The translations under genes were made by a program, and so were the position numbers. A stretch of DNA of 63,413 bases, counting the filler, from Chiloscyllium plagiosum (lineage: Eukaryota): NCBI RefSeq assembly GCF_004010195.1. It is 3 parts of one record of this genome, joined end to end, with 100 filler letters (N's around TTAATTAATTAA, not from the genome) between each part and the next. Parts side by side here need not be neighbours in the genome. Positions count along the whole stretch, not along the records: positions 1 to 18,469 come from NC_057712.1; 2 more parts are not named here. The stretch is one strand, 5' to 3'. Positions 1-12,191 of the stretch are shown here, piece by piece (positions within the stretch are counted from its first letter, which is position 1; every line of letters begins with the position of its first letter). Below the pieces are notes generated by a model. The model did no database searches. It was not told where the DNA came from and saw only the letters and a program-made list of their open reading frames with translations.

Positions 1-380
1 GGGGGGGTAGATATAGGACTGGTGTTAGGGGTAGGTTCTTCACTCAGTGAGTCGTTAGTTCATGGAATGCCCTGCCAGTAACAGTGGTGGACTCTCCCTC
101 TTTATGGGCATTTAAGAGGGCATTGGATAGGTATATGGAGGATAGTGGGTTAGTGTAGTTTAGGTGGGCTTGGATCGGCGCAACATCGAGGGCCCAAGGG
201 CCTGTACTGCGCTGTATTCTTCTATGTTCATTAGGGAGATTTAAACAATCCTTAGATAAGCACATGGATAATTTTGGAATAGTGTAGGGGGACAAGCTGA
301 GAATAGTTCACAGGTCGGCGCAACATCAAGGGCCATAGGGCCTGTTCTGTGCTGTATTGTTCTATGTTCTATGTTCTATA
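1..380 (+). mobile_element. Two tandem CR1-clade LINE 3' ends with (TATGTTC)n tail
   Basis: CR1 ORF2 C-terminal/3'UTR sequence (tggaatgccctgcc...tttaagagggcattggatagg...gggcctgtactgcgctgta). The 3' stem-loop segment occurs twice (~175-228 and ~315-380) and ends in ttctatgttctatgttcta. Confidence 0.8.
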
Positions 381-1767
381 CTTCATTTGATAGCTGGGGC
401 AGGATGGTGTTACACCAATTCACTGCCCTACTTTGCAGCAAACTGATCAAAATGTTGGGAAAATTTTGCAAATTTAAGATAAAATCTCAAATCAAGAGAC
501 AAATTCCCTACAGTGAACACAGACTCAAACGTTTGCTTGAATCGTTCCTGGCTTTGATATAAATATCCTTTTAACTATACCTAAGTACAAAGCCCATTTT
601 ATTTTTCCCTTTTTTGGTACAACCCTACACCAAAAATACTTATTTTATTGCGTCACTTATTTCCACAGCGCAAGTTCAAAGCAAGTTTTAGGAATTCCCC
701 TATCATTTTGAAGCAGTTAATTAACTACATGTTACTTCCTTTACTAGACTTGTTTAGGTTACTTTGGTTTTTTGCGGTCTTTCTTCCTTTGCTACCTAAG
801 ATTGATATTCATAATTATCACACAAAGAGTGCTTGCTGGCTTTTTCAATCTATTTGTGAAGGTTCATTCCTACATATTTCTAGAACCTCTTGTTCAGTCG
901 CTGGAGACATGTTCCAGGATGTCAGCTGAAATCTGTTCCCAATTTGTTTCAACAGAAAGCAGCCCAGCCAGCACAAACCTGCATTGGAGAAAACATTCAT
1001 AATCCTTGACAGCATTAAGTTCAATGTATGCAGTTTTGAAATATTTTTGTGCTGTAAATGCTGAATAATATTATGGCAGTACAACTGCCAGTGTTTGTCA
1101 AATAGGGACAGCTTGAAACTATTAGAAAGTAAGATTATGATTTGAACTGAGAGACTTCCTTTGCTGCTGATGAGAATTGGCTGTAAACCATTTGATCCTT
1201 GATTAGCAATGACTCTGCAACACGATAACACAGAAGTGGGCAGAAAGGTACTCTTCAGTTTTAAAAAGGCAAGTTTCCAGTATTTTCAAAAATGAACTGC
1301 CTGGCCTACAGCCAGTTAATTAATGATTCTACAGGTCCAGTGTTGTGACAGAAGCTAACATCAGGAGCTTGTTTATCGCTATAATGGAACAGTCTCACAG
1401 TATCAATCTAAATGATCTGAATGAGCATTGGACAGTAACATAAATGCACAACCTTAGGAGTATGTGCACATGTTGAATACGAGAAGGCCCTACCAGACTT
1501 TGAGTGCATATGACCAATCAAGCAGATCAAGTACCCGATTTCATGTTATTCTCCATTTCTCCATATTTGTTTATGCTTTTACATTAAAAAAATGCTTATT
1601 GTTGTCAGTCTTGTAAACTTCATTTGTCCCATAATCCACAGCCATTTGAGGGGGTGTTTTGTAAATTTCTCCTATTCATTCTGAGCTTTCATTCTCAAAT
1701 GGCCAGCATTAATTTTAAGATTGTGCTTTTTCATCTCTTTTTCTAAGACTCATATCTTCGATTTAGC

Positions 1768-2407
1768 TGTTAGCAAGGGAAGGATACCATTTGGACCAGA
1801 CCTAACCCTCTTGAAATATATTAAGAAGATAGCCAAGACCCTCACTTTTTCTTATTTTAATGGCAAATGCTAGGCATTGCTTTCCAGATGCAATCTGATT
1901 GATCAAACTATCAGACTTGAAAAAACATACACTGTAGTAAAAATACAACAAAAGAAAGAATTGGAAAAAAACAACTCTATTGGAAAACTTAACAGAACAA
2001 TAGATTATTTAACTACTAATTAGCAACAGTTCCAATATAGTAACATCTCAAAAACACACCCTTGGCAAAAGTAAATTCAGTAACACAGATTATCTCACAT
2101 GCAATTCTTGCAGCAGGAAGAGAACCCCAGGTTTTAGCTGTAACAAGAGAGGAAGAAGAGATTCCATGTCCAGCTTCAAGACCCCAGCAACCGCTACTGA
2201 AAAATTAAAACTAAAAATTCTAGTTCTGTAGGAGCTTGACCCCATCCATTCGGGCTTCTTCTATTGTTCCAACTTAAAAAAAAACAAGGCTTCAAAATCT
2301 GTTTACTTTATTGGCTTAGGAGCAGACTGCTCAGTGCCTCTGTCTCAACTTTTCTTCATGAAAAACAAAGGACAAAGTACACCTCTTAAAGCCATAGTAT
2401 TGTCACA
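1768..2407 (-). mobile_element. Probable solo LTR
   Basis: 640-bp non-coding block bounded by TGTTA...TGTCACA (TG...CA), with a layout similar to the LTR at 12192. No clean TSD seen. Confidence 0.5.
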
Positions 2408-2987
2408 CATTTGACATCCAACTCACTCACAACTGCTCAGAAATTTTAAAAGGACGTGTGAGTGGACGTTTCCTTTAATTTGTCATATTTTTCAGACTAG
2501 CAAACTCAACAACAGATGTGCAGCATGTCTGAACAGAATGAGCAACCGGAGTGTCTTCAACCAGCCAGATTCGCTGCAAAATATAACGGAGGAAGTATAA
2601 AGCTGGATATATGAATTATTTATAAATCATGCACAGAAAGCAAAATGACGTTTAGAAACTACAAACAAGCAAAGACCTGAGGATGCTGGAGATCTGAAAC
2701 AAAAGCAAAGTGCTGAAGAAAGTCAGCATGTCTGGCAGTAACTGTTGTGGGACAAAACAGAGTTAACATTTTGAGTCCAATGAGAACTGAAAGCAGCTGG
2801 GAAATGGTGGTACTATACTGGCAGCAGGGAGTGGGATTAGGGGGAGAAAAGGAATTAATTGGATAGATGGAGATGGTCCCTAGAGAAAGAGGAATAAAAG
2901 AAAGAAACAGACAAAGGGATTGCTGATAAGCTGGAACAGAGATAAATGCTCAATGACTGTTAACAAGAATATTTGAAAATGGATTGG

Positions 2988-3270
2988 GGTTTAGATCAGA
3001 GTGGTGCTGGAAAAGCACAGCAAGTCAGGCAGCATCCGAGGAGCAGGAAAATCGATGTTTCAGGCAAAAGCCTTTCATCAGGAATAGAGGCAGGACTTTA
3101 TCCAAATAAAGTCTCCACCCTGCTGGCTTCCTGCCTCTATTCCTGATGAAGGGCTTTTGCCCGAAACATTGATTTTCCTGCTCCTCGGATGCTGCCTGAC
3201 CTGCTGTGCTTTTCCAGCACCACTCTGATCTAAACTTTGGTTTCCAGCATCTGCATTCTTCACTTTTGCC
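2988..3270. mobile_element. Palindromic non-autonomous PLE derivative (family A) with two opposed hammerhead-like motifs
   Basis: Inverted arms ~2991-3095 and ~3129-3233 plus a 3' tail on one arm only. 18-bp TSD tatttgaaaatggattgg at 2970-2987 and 3271-3288. CTGATGA-A-GGGC-TTTT-GCCC-GAAAC at 3143-3167, with the cleavage triplet decayed to ATT. Confidence 0.85.
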
Positions 3271-3339
3271 TATTTGAAAATGGATTGGCTGTGCAGGGAT
3301 AAACATGGAAGAAGATATTCTGCAAAGCTGTCACCTACT

Positions 3340-3702
3340 ATCACCTTCCCATGCAACATTTGCCCATGTACCTCCTCCATCCTCACTACCCAAGGCTCCA
3401 GGCACACTTTCCAGGTGAAGTGGAGCCCATCATTTGCACAATATGGTCTCCTCTACAATGGGGAGATGAAATACAGACTCGGTGAACACTCTGCAGAATG
3501 CCTACGTTTTGCTCATAAAAATGAACGCAAGCTTCCAGTGTCCTGCCACATCAAGCAACACTACATTCTTAAAGCAGCATTTCTGTCTCAGACTGGCTGC
3601 AGTGTCCCAGTGAGGCTCAATGCAAGCAGGAGGAACACTACCTCATCTCCTGCTTTGACACTTTATAGCTTTCAGGACTCAACATTGTGTTAACATTTTC
3701 AG
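3340..3702 (+). pseudogene. Decayed PLE GIY-YIG endonuclease C-terminus
   Basis: Translates as TFPCNICPCTSS...HTFQVK...YGLLYNGEMKYRLGEHSAECLR...LPVSCH...KQEEHYLI...SGLNI. This matches the PLE GIY-YIG pattern (YIGET-RL--RF-EH ... E--LI--L-T--P-GLN) with frameshifts and stops. Confidence 0.8.
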
Positions 3703-6393
3703 AGTGTGAACACACCCACCACAACAGTCCCTCCGTGTTCATTATCCATTCCCCCCACCACCAACCCCCTCCCCCCAGTCCGAAGTCCTAGATTGTATGG
3801 GTTGCTCTGCACACATCCAATCCATTTCCAACCATTTCTATTTCCCAATAGTACCCATTCAACATTTCTCTCTCTTCCTGCTTATCATCAACAATCCCTT
3901 CATCTGATTCTCTTTTTTTCTTTCTCTCCCTCTGTGGACACCGTTTCTATCTATTCAACTCACACCTTCCCAGCTCCCAGCCCCTCCCCCCACCCCAGCT
4001 CACTGCCATCAGCATAAACATCACCTTTTCAAAGTTGCTAACAGTTCTTACAAAGGGTCACTAGATCCAAAATGTTCACTGTTTTTCTCTCCACAGACAT
4101 TGCCAGATCTGTTGAGTTTCTCCAGCACTTTCTGTCCAGAAAATTAGAGTGGAATTCAGGCAATGATGTAAAAGAAGGAGACAGAGAAAGAATATACAAA
4201 AGGCACAATTGCCTACCGAGGAAGCAAGGCTCCACATTTGTAAAATTCCAGTTACAGGGCAAGGAAAGTTTTGCAATGGGTAATCATTATTTATCCTGTC
4301 CTAAGACCTCATTTACTCCTGAATGCACCAGCTATAAAACTATCTGCAATTTTCATGCATAAGCGATGTGCGTTATTGCTGTCATAATCATTTCAACACT
4401 GGGTCTATCAGTGAGGACTATAATATAGCACCCTGTACAATCCTTTGTTGTCTTTCTTAATCTGCCTGCAGCCCTTAAAAGGGTTGATCACACATCTTCC
4501 TCCAACACCGCTTCACAATTGAACAGTTAAGGGGAACTACAGATAGAGTGGAATGTATCTGCCTGGTTTCATTCTTACATATTGAATCATAACTAGAGAA
4601 TAACCCACAATCTTTTCCCTCCTTGTTCTGACCCCATTGGATATGGTGTTCCCCAAGATCCATCCTTAGCCCTTTCCTCTTGTTTTCTCGGGTGATAGTG
4701 TCTAAAAATACACAACCATTCCCAGCTCTCTGGACTCCTCTGCTACCTTTAAATTGTCAGACAATTTTTCAACACAAATATGGTATGAACAAACATGTCT
4801 ATCAATAGATATTGGAAATAATGATGTAAATATGTTCGGAGCTTTCGATCTGTGATGAAGCAAAGTTCACTGCTGACCTCAAAGTAAGCTTCACTGAGAA
4901 ATGTGATCTCTCTGTCATGAGAATCTCACTTCTATTAACATGCAGTTGTACTGTGATCCATTACATGCTTTACTGGAGAATTTCTTGTGTGAAGCTATAA
5001 CGCTGTCATCTGCAATTCCTACATTAATTCAGTATCATTCATTGCACACCACTCCTAACCAGTGGTCACAACACCTCTCTCTCTCTCTCTCTCATGTTTC
5101 TGCCAGTAGCCGCCACCTCAACATCGGAGAGTAAGAGTACTGAAGCCCCAGAGGACACATCAGTATGGCTGCCGCCTCATGCCACCCCCACCACCCTTGC
5201 CCGCACCCCCCCCCCAACCCACTTTGAAACTGACACCTCATTGGAAACATTTGCCTTTGAACATTTAGGAGCATATGGTGGTGAGCATCTCACTGTGACT
5301 GCTCCACAGTTGGCTGAGGGGGAATCAACCTGGAGGACTAGTGGAGACCAGGTACCTGCTCACCCCAGGCAGAAGAGGACCCTGTGCTGCTAGCAGTCAG
5401 GAGCCTTGTTCACATACGCAGGGAGTGAGAGGAATGGCAGACAGGGATGTGGGATACAATGGCCCAGATTGCCTAGAGGCTGCAGGATTGCAGCTACACT
5501 GTGGGAATCCAGCTGCCTCAGGCATGTGACTGTCCGGCAGCCTTCATGAGTAGGTTGGCAACTGGCATGGAGAGCCAGATCCAGCACCTTCAGGGTCTGT
5601 TGGAGAGATGCCCATACCTATGCAACATTGACCCAGTCACTGATCCTCAATCCAGCTGCTCCTGCCTCATAAGGAGACAGGATGGTGTCAGGAAGCTCCT
5701 GCCAGGGGAGGAATCAAACACAGCCTCTGGGCAATCAGGCTCATTGGATCCCACATCCCTGTTTGCCGCTCTTCTCCCTCCCTTTATACATGAACCAAGT
5801 CCCTAACTGCCAACACGACAGGCTCCTGTTTTCAGAAGTCTCTGCTCAGGACCCTACCGAGGTAGCTGGGCCATCCACCTCCACCTTGTCTGCCCTCTTC
5901 AGCCCTGAGCTGTCAAGCTGAGCAAGGGCCAGACACACATCCAGTTCGCTGGACCAAGCTTTCAAGTCCAACAGGCTCTACTGCTGAGCAGGCTCCGTCC
6001 ACCCTCTTCGAGGGCACTTTAGTGACATGGGTAACATTTCATTGTATATAAAGTGTCACATTTGCATGAATTTGATTGGTTTTGCACTACATCAGTTTGT
6101 TTGAGTCGCTGTGTAGCCCTGATTGTAATAATGCCTAATTCCTTGTCCACACAGGGTGTCCTGTGCTGAGAGCCTTCTGCTGCACCTGGAACCAAAATGC
6201 ACAAGGAGTATATAAGGCAAAGGGCCCTGCTGACACCCTTGCTCCTCATCACTAAACCATCTTTCCCTGGCCATTCAGTGGTGTCTGGGACAGGGATCTG
6301 TGCAGCACACGTGGAGCCAATGCATTAGAATCACTAGCAACAACTGAGGGAGCTTCCGGCCTGTGCCCCGAACAATGCATGGGTTTGTCCCTC

Positions 6394-6845
6394 TGTTTTA
6401 AAAAATTCTCAAGGTCAGGTTCGTAGGAGAGTAGTCTGACACAGAACAAACGACCAAGAGGCGAGTCTGCTAGAATATGGGCATTTTATTCCCCGCAGCG
6501 TCGCCACAACGGGTCTGGCTTATACTCACTCTACATGTTACCGGAACTGGGAGCCGTCAGTTCTCGTAGAGCGGTTGCCAACAACCCACGCTCGGCGGTT
6601 AAACGTAACCCCGGAGCAGACTCACCGAACTGGAGACTTTTCCAGCTGATATACTCTTTTCCAGATATAAACATTCATGTGAACAGCAGAGCAAGGCTAA
6701 AAAACACATTCCATTCTGGTTACATACAGATAAGAAGATTCACACGGGGAGGTGTGTAATAAGATTCACACGGGACTAAGCAACACCTCCATTCCGGTTA
6801 GATTCACACATGTATTGGGACATAATTTTTAACCGTTTCACCACA
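6394..6845 (-). mobile_element. Young solo LTR (retrovirus/LTR-retrotransposon type)
   Basis: TG...CA ends and a perfect 5-bp TSD CCCTC (6389-6393, 6846-6850). AATAAA on the minus strand near 6485-6490. Three agattcacac direct repeats (~6737, 6762, 6800). CpG-rich relative to the flanks. Confidence 0.8.
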
Positions 6846-7612
6846 CCCTCTAAAGGCTCTCATATTGATGAATCATGCAGCTCCACCCCCTGACAGCTTG
6901 AATCACTTATCCCACCCAGTCCGGCTGCGGACGTTTTTCTTCCCTTTGGGTGCTTTTGATTTCCAGCCCGATGAAGATGACAGCTGTTCAACCAATAGCT
7001 TCCAGCTTTAACCTCGAGGCATCAGTGAGCCCCTGAACTTCCAGATTCCCTTCCGGATAGCCCTTCCCATGAACCCCATAGGCTTCATACCACCCCATGT
7101 CCCCAGCCACTCCAGTTACACAAGCCTGCACTCTGCCCCACAGCCCCTGGCATGTTAGGTGACCACACTCTGTGTTTTCATACACTGTCTCATTCGTGAA
7201 TCCAGGGCTGCTCCTGACCATAGACCAACCCCACTCCCCCATTATTCCATCCCCATCGGAGCTTTACTATATAAATATAATTGCCCACCCCCACTCCATC
7301 ACAGTTGCTATTCCCCCTTTCCCCACATCCTGCAGCCCCCCCAATTGACACTTGAGTTTCTTTCCCATTTTCTGACGCAGACCCACCTAACTGGAGATGC
7401 AGGCTGTGGTTCATCCCCTTGGCTAGTATCAGAGGCTGTCCTTGACGTTCTGCTCCAGGACCCCCTGACCTACTGGTGCCTCCATGAACTTTGGTGAAGC
7501 CTACTGTCCTAGGTCTTGAAGATATGACTGCTGCATATACATGTGTTTACTGTGAGAGGTCCTGGCATGTGTAGTGGCTTTGAGATTGACACAGCCCACT
7601 GCTGTACAGCAA

Positions 7613-7848
7613 CCTAAGGGGCAACTTTTTCACCCAGAGGGTGGTATGTGTATGGAATGAGCTGCCTGAGGAAGTGATGGAGGCTAGTACAAGTACAACA
7701 TTTGAAAGGCATCTAGATGGGTAAATGAAAGGGAAGGGCCAAGTGCTGGCAAATGGGAATAGATTAGTTTGGGATATCTGGTCAGCATGGACAAATTGGA
7801 CTGAAAGGTTTGTTTCCATGCTGTATATCTCTGTGACTCTATGACTCT
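7613..7848 (+). mobile_element. CR1 (HER1-like) LINE 3' fragment
   Basis: ctaaggggcaactttttcacccagagggtgg...tggaatgagctgcc...tttccatgctgtatatctctgtgactctatgactct tail; same family as the 25730-25960 segment. Confidence 0.85.
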
Positions 7849-10270
7849 AATTTGTCTACTCCTTTTGACTGCGGACTGCTGACCAGTGAGGCAAGCTGTC
7901 CTGTTGTGTGATTGTACTCCTGGCAAAGCAAGGCAAGGCAGGGTGTGGTTACTGTGAGCAAGCAATTAAATGCCCGGTAAATATGTGCTAAGACACCAGC
8001 CAGCAACCCCAAACTGCAGCCTGGTTTAATCTGTGAGCTGGGTGTCTCTGCCTGCAAAACCTATCAATACTGGATGCTGATGCACCCCAATAATGTAGGT
8101 TCCAATTTCCTAATCGCTAGTATCAGAGGCTGTCCTTGACTTTCTGCTCCAGGACCCCCTGACCTACTGGTGCCTCCATGAACTTTGGTGAAGCCTACTG
8201 TCCTGGGTCTTGAAGACATGACTGCTGCACATCCAATGTGTATGCTGTGAGAGCTCCTGGCATGTGGAGTGGGTTTGAGATTGACACAGCCCACTGCTGT
8301 ACAGCAACTTGTGGACTGGAGAGGGGCCATGAAGTTCATGAGAGGTTGGCAAATACCAGAAGCCAATGTTTGTAGTCAAGGGGTACATGAGGCTAGTGCC
8401 TATGAATCAGACCCTGATGCTGTTTTGTCCTGAGCAAGATGGAAGCTCCTGACAGTCAGCGGTGAGCTAAAGTCAACATCCCTGACTTCCACGTTGAGGA
8501 TTCTCGCCATCTAGTTTGCTCAGCCCATTTGGTAAGATGAGATGTTGTACGATATATTAATAAGGTGAGATGTCCAGTTAATGAGTTATTTAGCAAACAA
8601 TAATCCACCAAGATGCAACAAGTTTCTCCTGACATCAAGATAGGCCTCGCCAGATCTGTCGCACAATTCTTCCACAAATTTCACGACAGCCAATGTTGCT
8701 CAGACCCCTTATAAGTTTCCACCCAAGGGTTCTCCCTTTTAAGATGGGGATGAGAATTTTTTTTCTCTCAGAACCTTTGGTATCTTTTATCACATAGAGC
8801 AATGGAGGCTACATCATTAAATACATTGAAAACTGATTTGGACAGATCTACAAACAACTTAAAGATTGTGTTGAGAAGAAAGGAAAGTGAAGTTAAGTCT
8901 CAGTCAGATCAGCAAGGATCTTCCTGAATGACAGAGCAGACTTCATGAGCTAAATGGCCTACTTCTGCTGCTATCGCTTGCCATCTGCATGAGACTCTTA
9001 TGCAAATTCCTGCCCTTATCTTCTTGTTCTTGATTCCCCCATCAGAGGAAGTAGTTTCTCTGTAACCTACTCCAGCAAAATGTTAAGTACATTGCTCAGG
9101 GCACCCCTCAATCTTCAAAGGAATGCAAGGTATAATTTTGCCACTGGCCCTCATATTTAACCAACAAACATCTACTTTTTCTTAGTACCACATTGAAGTT
9201 ATTTCTCAATTTTGTGAAGTGAGCAGGAGAATGCGACTGAATGCGAGGATTCATGAGGTGAAATAGAATCATAGACATGTACAGCATGGAAACAGACCCT
9301 TCAGTCCAACTCGTTCATGCTGACCAGATATCCCAACCCAATCTGGTCCCACCTGCCAGCACCCGGCCCATAATGCCCCAGCAGAAAGTCAACAGAGTCA
9401 GTGAGCCACTTCTATACCATAACATTCTCTAACATTTTACAACTTAATGCATCTTAATGCAACAGTAAACATACTTTGAAATCCCCTGCAATATGACTAT
9501 CTCCATCAAATCAATAACTAAAAGAGATAACCTTTTAAAAGTCAGTGAAACTCAGACCAAAACTGTCAGATTCTCAGATAAATGCTCTCCAGTCACTAAC
9601 ACATAGCAGTACAATATGATGAAATGATCAGACAGAAGCAGTCTGATAGCAAAAGTGCAACAAGTAAATGAAAAACCTGTGACCAGAACAAATGATGAGG
9701 ACAAATAAAAGACTGTACCACCAATTCAAAAACATTAACACATTTCTAAACAATCAACCTAAGAGAAATTCCCCCCAAAAAAGTGAAATATTTGCAAGAT
9801 AGAGCAAACCACTTCTAGTGGGTTTTTTTTAACTATACTGTATTAACTTGGTTCAGTTAGGACTGATGCTTAGTTGAGTTTCCAGAAATGTCATTCAGCT
9901 CTTGATTTCTTTTTTGCCATTGTTCATATGTCAACAAAAGAACTGAACTTGATAAATCAGTTGAGAGTAACTTCCCTTGACATGTGACTTAGTCTGCCAT
10001 AAAGGAACCCCAGTAAAATTGGAGTCAATGCATACTGGGAGGAAATCTCTCCACTGGTTGTAATCATACCTGGCACATAGGAAGACAGTTGTAGGTGTTG
10101 GAGATCAGTCACCTCAACTCTAGAACACTTCTACAGGAGTTTCTCAGAGTAATGTCTTGTTCCTTACCACCTTCAGCTGCTTCATCAATGACCTCCCATC
10201 CATCATAAGTGGGAGTGTTCACAGATGATTGCATAATGGTCAGCACCATTTGCGACTCCTCAGGTTCTGA

Positions 10271-10515
10271 CTAAAAACCAAAAGAACTGCAGATGCTGTA
10301 AATCAGAAACAAAAACAGAAATTACCGGAAAAGCTCAGCAGGTCTGGCAGCATCTGCCAAGAGAAATCAGTTAACATTTTGGGTCCGGTGACCCTTCCTC
10401 AGAGGAAGGATCTGTTCTGAGCAAGGGTCACCAGACTCAAACCATTAACTCTGATTTCCCTTCACAGATGTTGCCAGACCTGCTGAGCTTTTCCGACAGT
10501 TTCTGTTTTTTGTTT
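10271..10515. mobile_element. Palindromic PLE derivative (family B)
   Basis: Inverted arms and a 12-bp TSD ctcaggttctga (10259-10270, 10516-10527). The minus strand reads CTGAGGA-A-GGGTC-ACCG-GACCC-aAAAt-GTT-AAC (10370-10402), a CpG-decayed hammerhead. Inserted in an old LINE RT fragment. Confidence 0.8.
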
Positions 10516-12191
10516 CTCAGGTTCTGAAGCAGGAGACCTGTTCCTGTTCAGGAGACCTGGACAATAGTCAGGCTTGGCCTGACAACTAGCAAGTAACACT
10601 TATATCACACAAGCAATGACAATTTCCAACAGAAAAGAATCTAACTTAGTAACGCAGCTTCATATTAAATGGTAATGCAACTGATGAATCCCCTACTATC
10701 AAAAATGCTGGATATTATCATTGGCCAGAGCTAAACCAGACAAATAAATAGTATGGCTACAAGAACAGGTCAGAATTCTGTGGCAGATAATTCACACTAT
10801 GTCTCCCCAGTATTATGTGATGTGGGTGTCACTAGTTAGGCTGGTATTTATTATCAATCTATAATTATGGCTCAAAATAATTAATATTCTTTAGCCTGTT
10901 CTAGAACAGATATCAGTCAAAGGCAACAGTTGATCCCTCAGTACAGACAAGATATACCCTAAGCAACGGATCTTATTGATACTAAATTGGAGGAAATATG
11001 TGCAAATTCGTCTACCTTAAGAACATAGAAAAATAGGGACTAGAAGCAGGTGACAGGCCATTTCTAGAAATCATTGAATCCCTGCAGTGTGGAAGCAGGC
11101 CATTCGGCCCATCAAGTCCACACCAACCTTCCAGACAGCATCCTACCCAGACCGACTCCCCTACCTAGTCCCTATAACCCTGCATTTCTCATGGCTAATC
11201 CATTCAACCTGTACATCTGTGGACACTGTGGGCAATTTAGCCTTGCCAATTTGGCCCATAAAGCCTGCTCTGCTATTCAACTCTGGCTCATCTTCTACCT
11301 TAGTGCCATTTTCCCACACTGTCCACAAATCCATGAGACCTTTAAAAATGAAAAATTTGTCAATCTCTGTCTTGAACATATGGAATGATGTTTTAAAGCC
11401 CCCAGGGCAGAGAATTCCAACCATTTACCTGCTTATGAATGAATTCTTCATCAATTCAATTCAAAATGGCCTACCACTTATTCTGAGATTGATCTAGAAT
11501 TCCCAGTCAAACAAAACATCCTTTCTGCATGTAACCTTCTAGCCCTGTAAGAGTTTAGTATTCTTCAATGGGACCACTTTTCATTCTTCTAAACTCCAGT
11601 AAATACAGACCAGTCTCGTCAATCCCTTCTCATGGAATATTATCCCCACAACCAGCCTGGAGAACTTTTATTGCACTCCCTCAATATCCTTCCTTAGAAT
11701 AAGAAGCGTAAAACTGTACACAAAAATTCAGGTGAAGTTCACCAATGACTTATACATTTGCAATAAAATTTGATTATTTTTATATTCGAATCCTCTCAGA
11801 AACAAGGTTAACAAGTTATTGCCTTGCTAACAGCTTACTGCGCCTGCATATTTTGAAAGGAATGCTTAAAAGCCTGGAAGAAATAAATGGGGAAGAACTT
11901 AATGTGACTGTGTTGTATGAAGATGTACCATGGAAATGTGGAATTAATGGAATGGATCTAAGAAGTTAGAGGAACAAAGGGAAGGGAGTGGCAAAGTGGG
12001 AAGGGGGTTAACGAAGGATATGGAATTTAGTCGATAGCTTGAAGGAATAGAGATAGTGACATGGCTTAAGGTGATGGAAGCAAAGGAAGAAGTTGGTAAG
12101 AAGAGGATTGGGGCATCATGGGAATAAATACTTGGGAAGAAGCCTAACCCTAATTGACAGCACACTGAGAATGGTATTACTGGAAGCCATG

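Larger units (their letters stand above)
2662..4135. mobile_element. Old Penelope-like element relic (inverted pLTR arm + GIY-YIG 3' part + pLTR)
   Basis: The minus-oriented terminal arm at ~2662-2800 mirrors the plus arm at ~4040-4135. A decayed GIY-YIG region and a pyrimidine-rich pLTR lie between them, interrupted by the younger element at 2988-3270. Confidence 0.7.
5050..8700. mobile_element. Possible highly decayed PIF/Harbinger-like DNA transposon relic
   Basis: GC-richer block. Minus-strand fragments such as LMNFMAP...GFTKVHGG (ORF 8064-8366) only loosely recall the Harbinger transposase ALNF-A-G-FQ and GFP-V-G-IDG motifs. Boundaries are approximate. Confidence 0.35.

Noticed and set aside
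2988..3270. DNA-transposon MITE or CRISPR-like repeat
   Set aside because: TSDs are long and variable (12-18 bp), the arms are asymmetric, and the same sequence follows GIY-YIG remnants. Copies are dispersed, with no repeat-spacer periodicity or cas genes.
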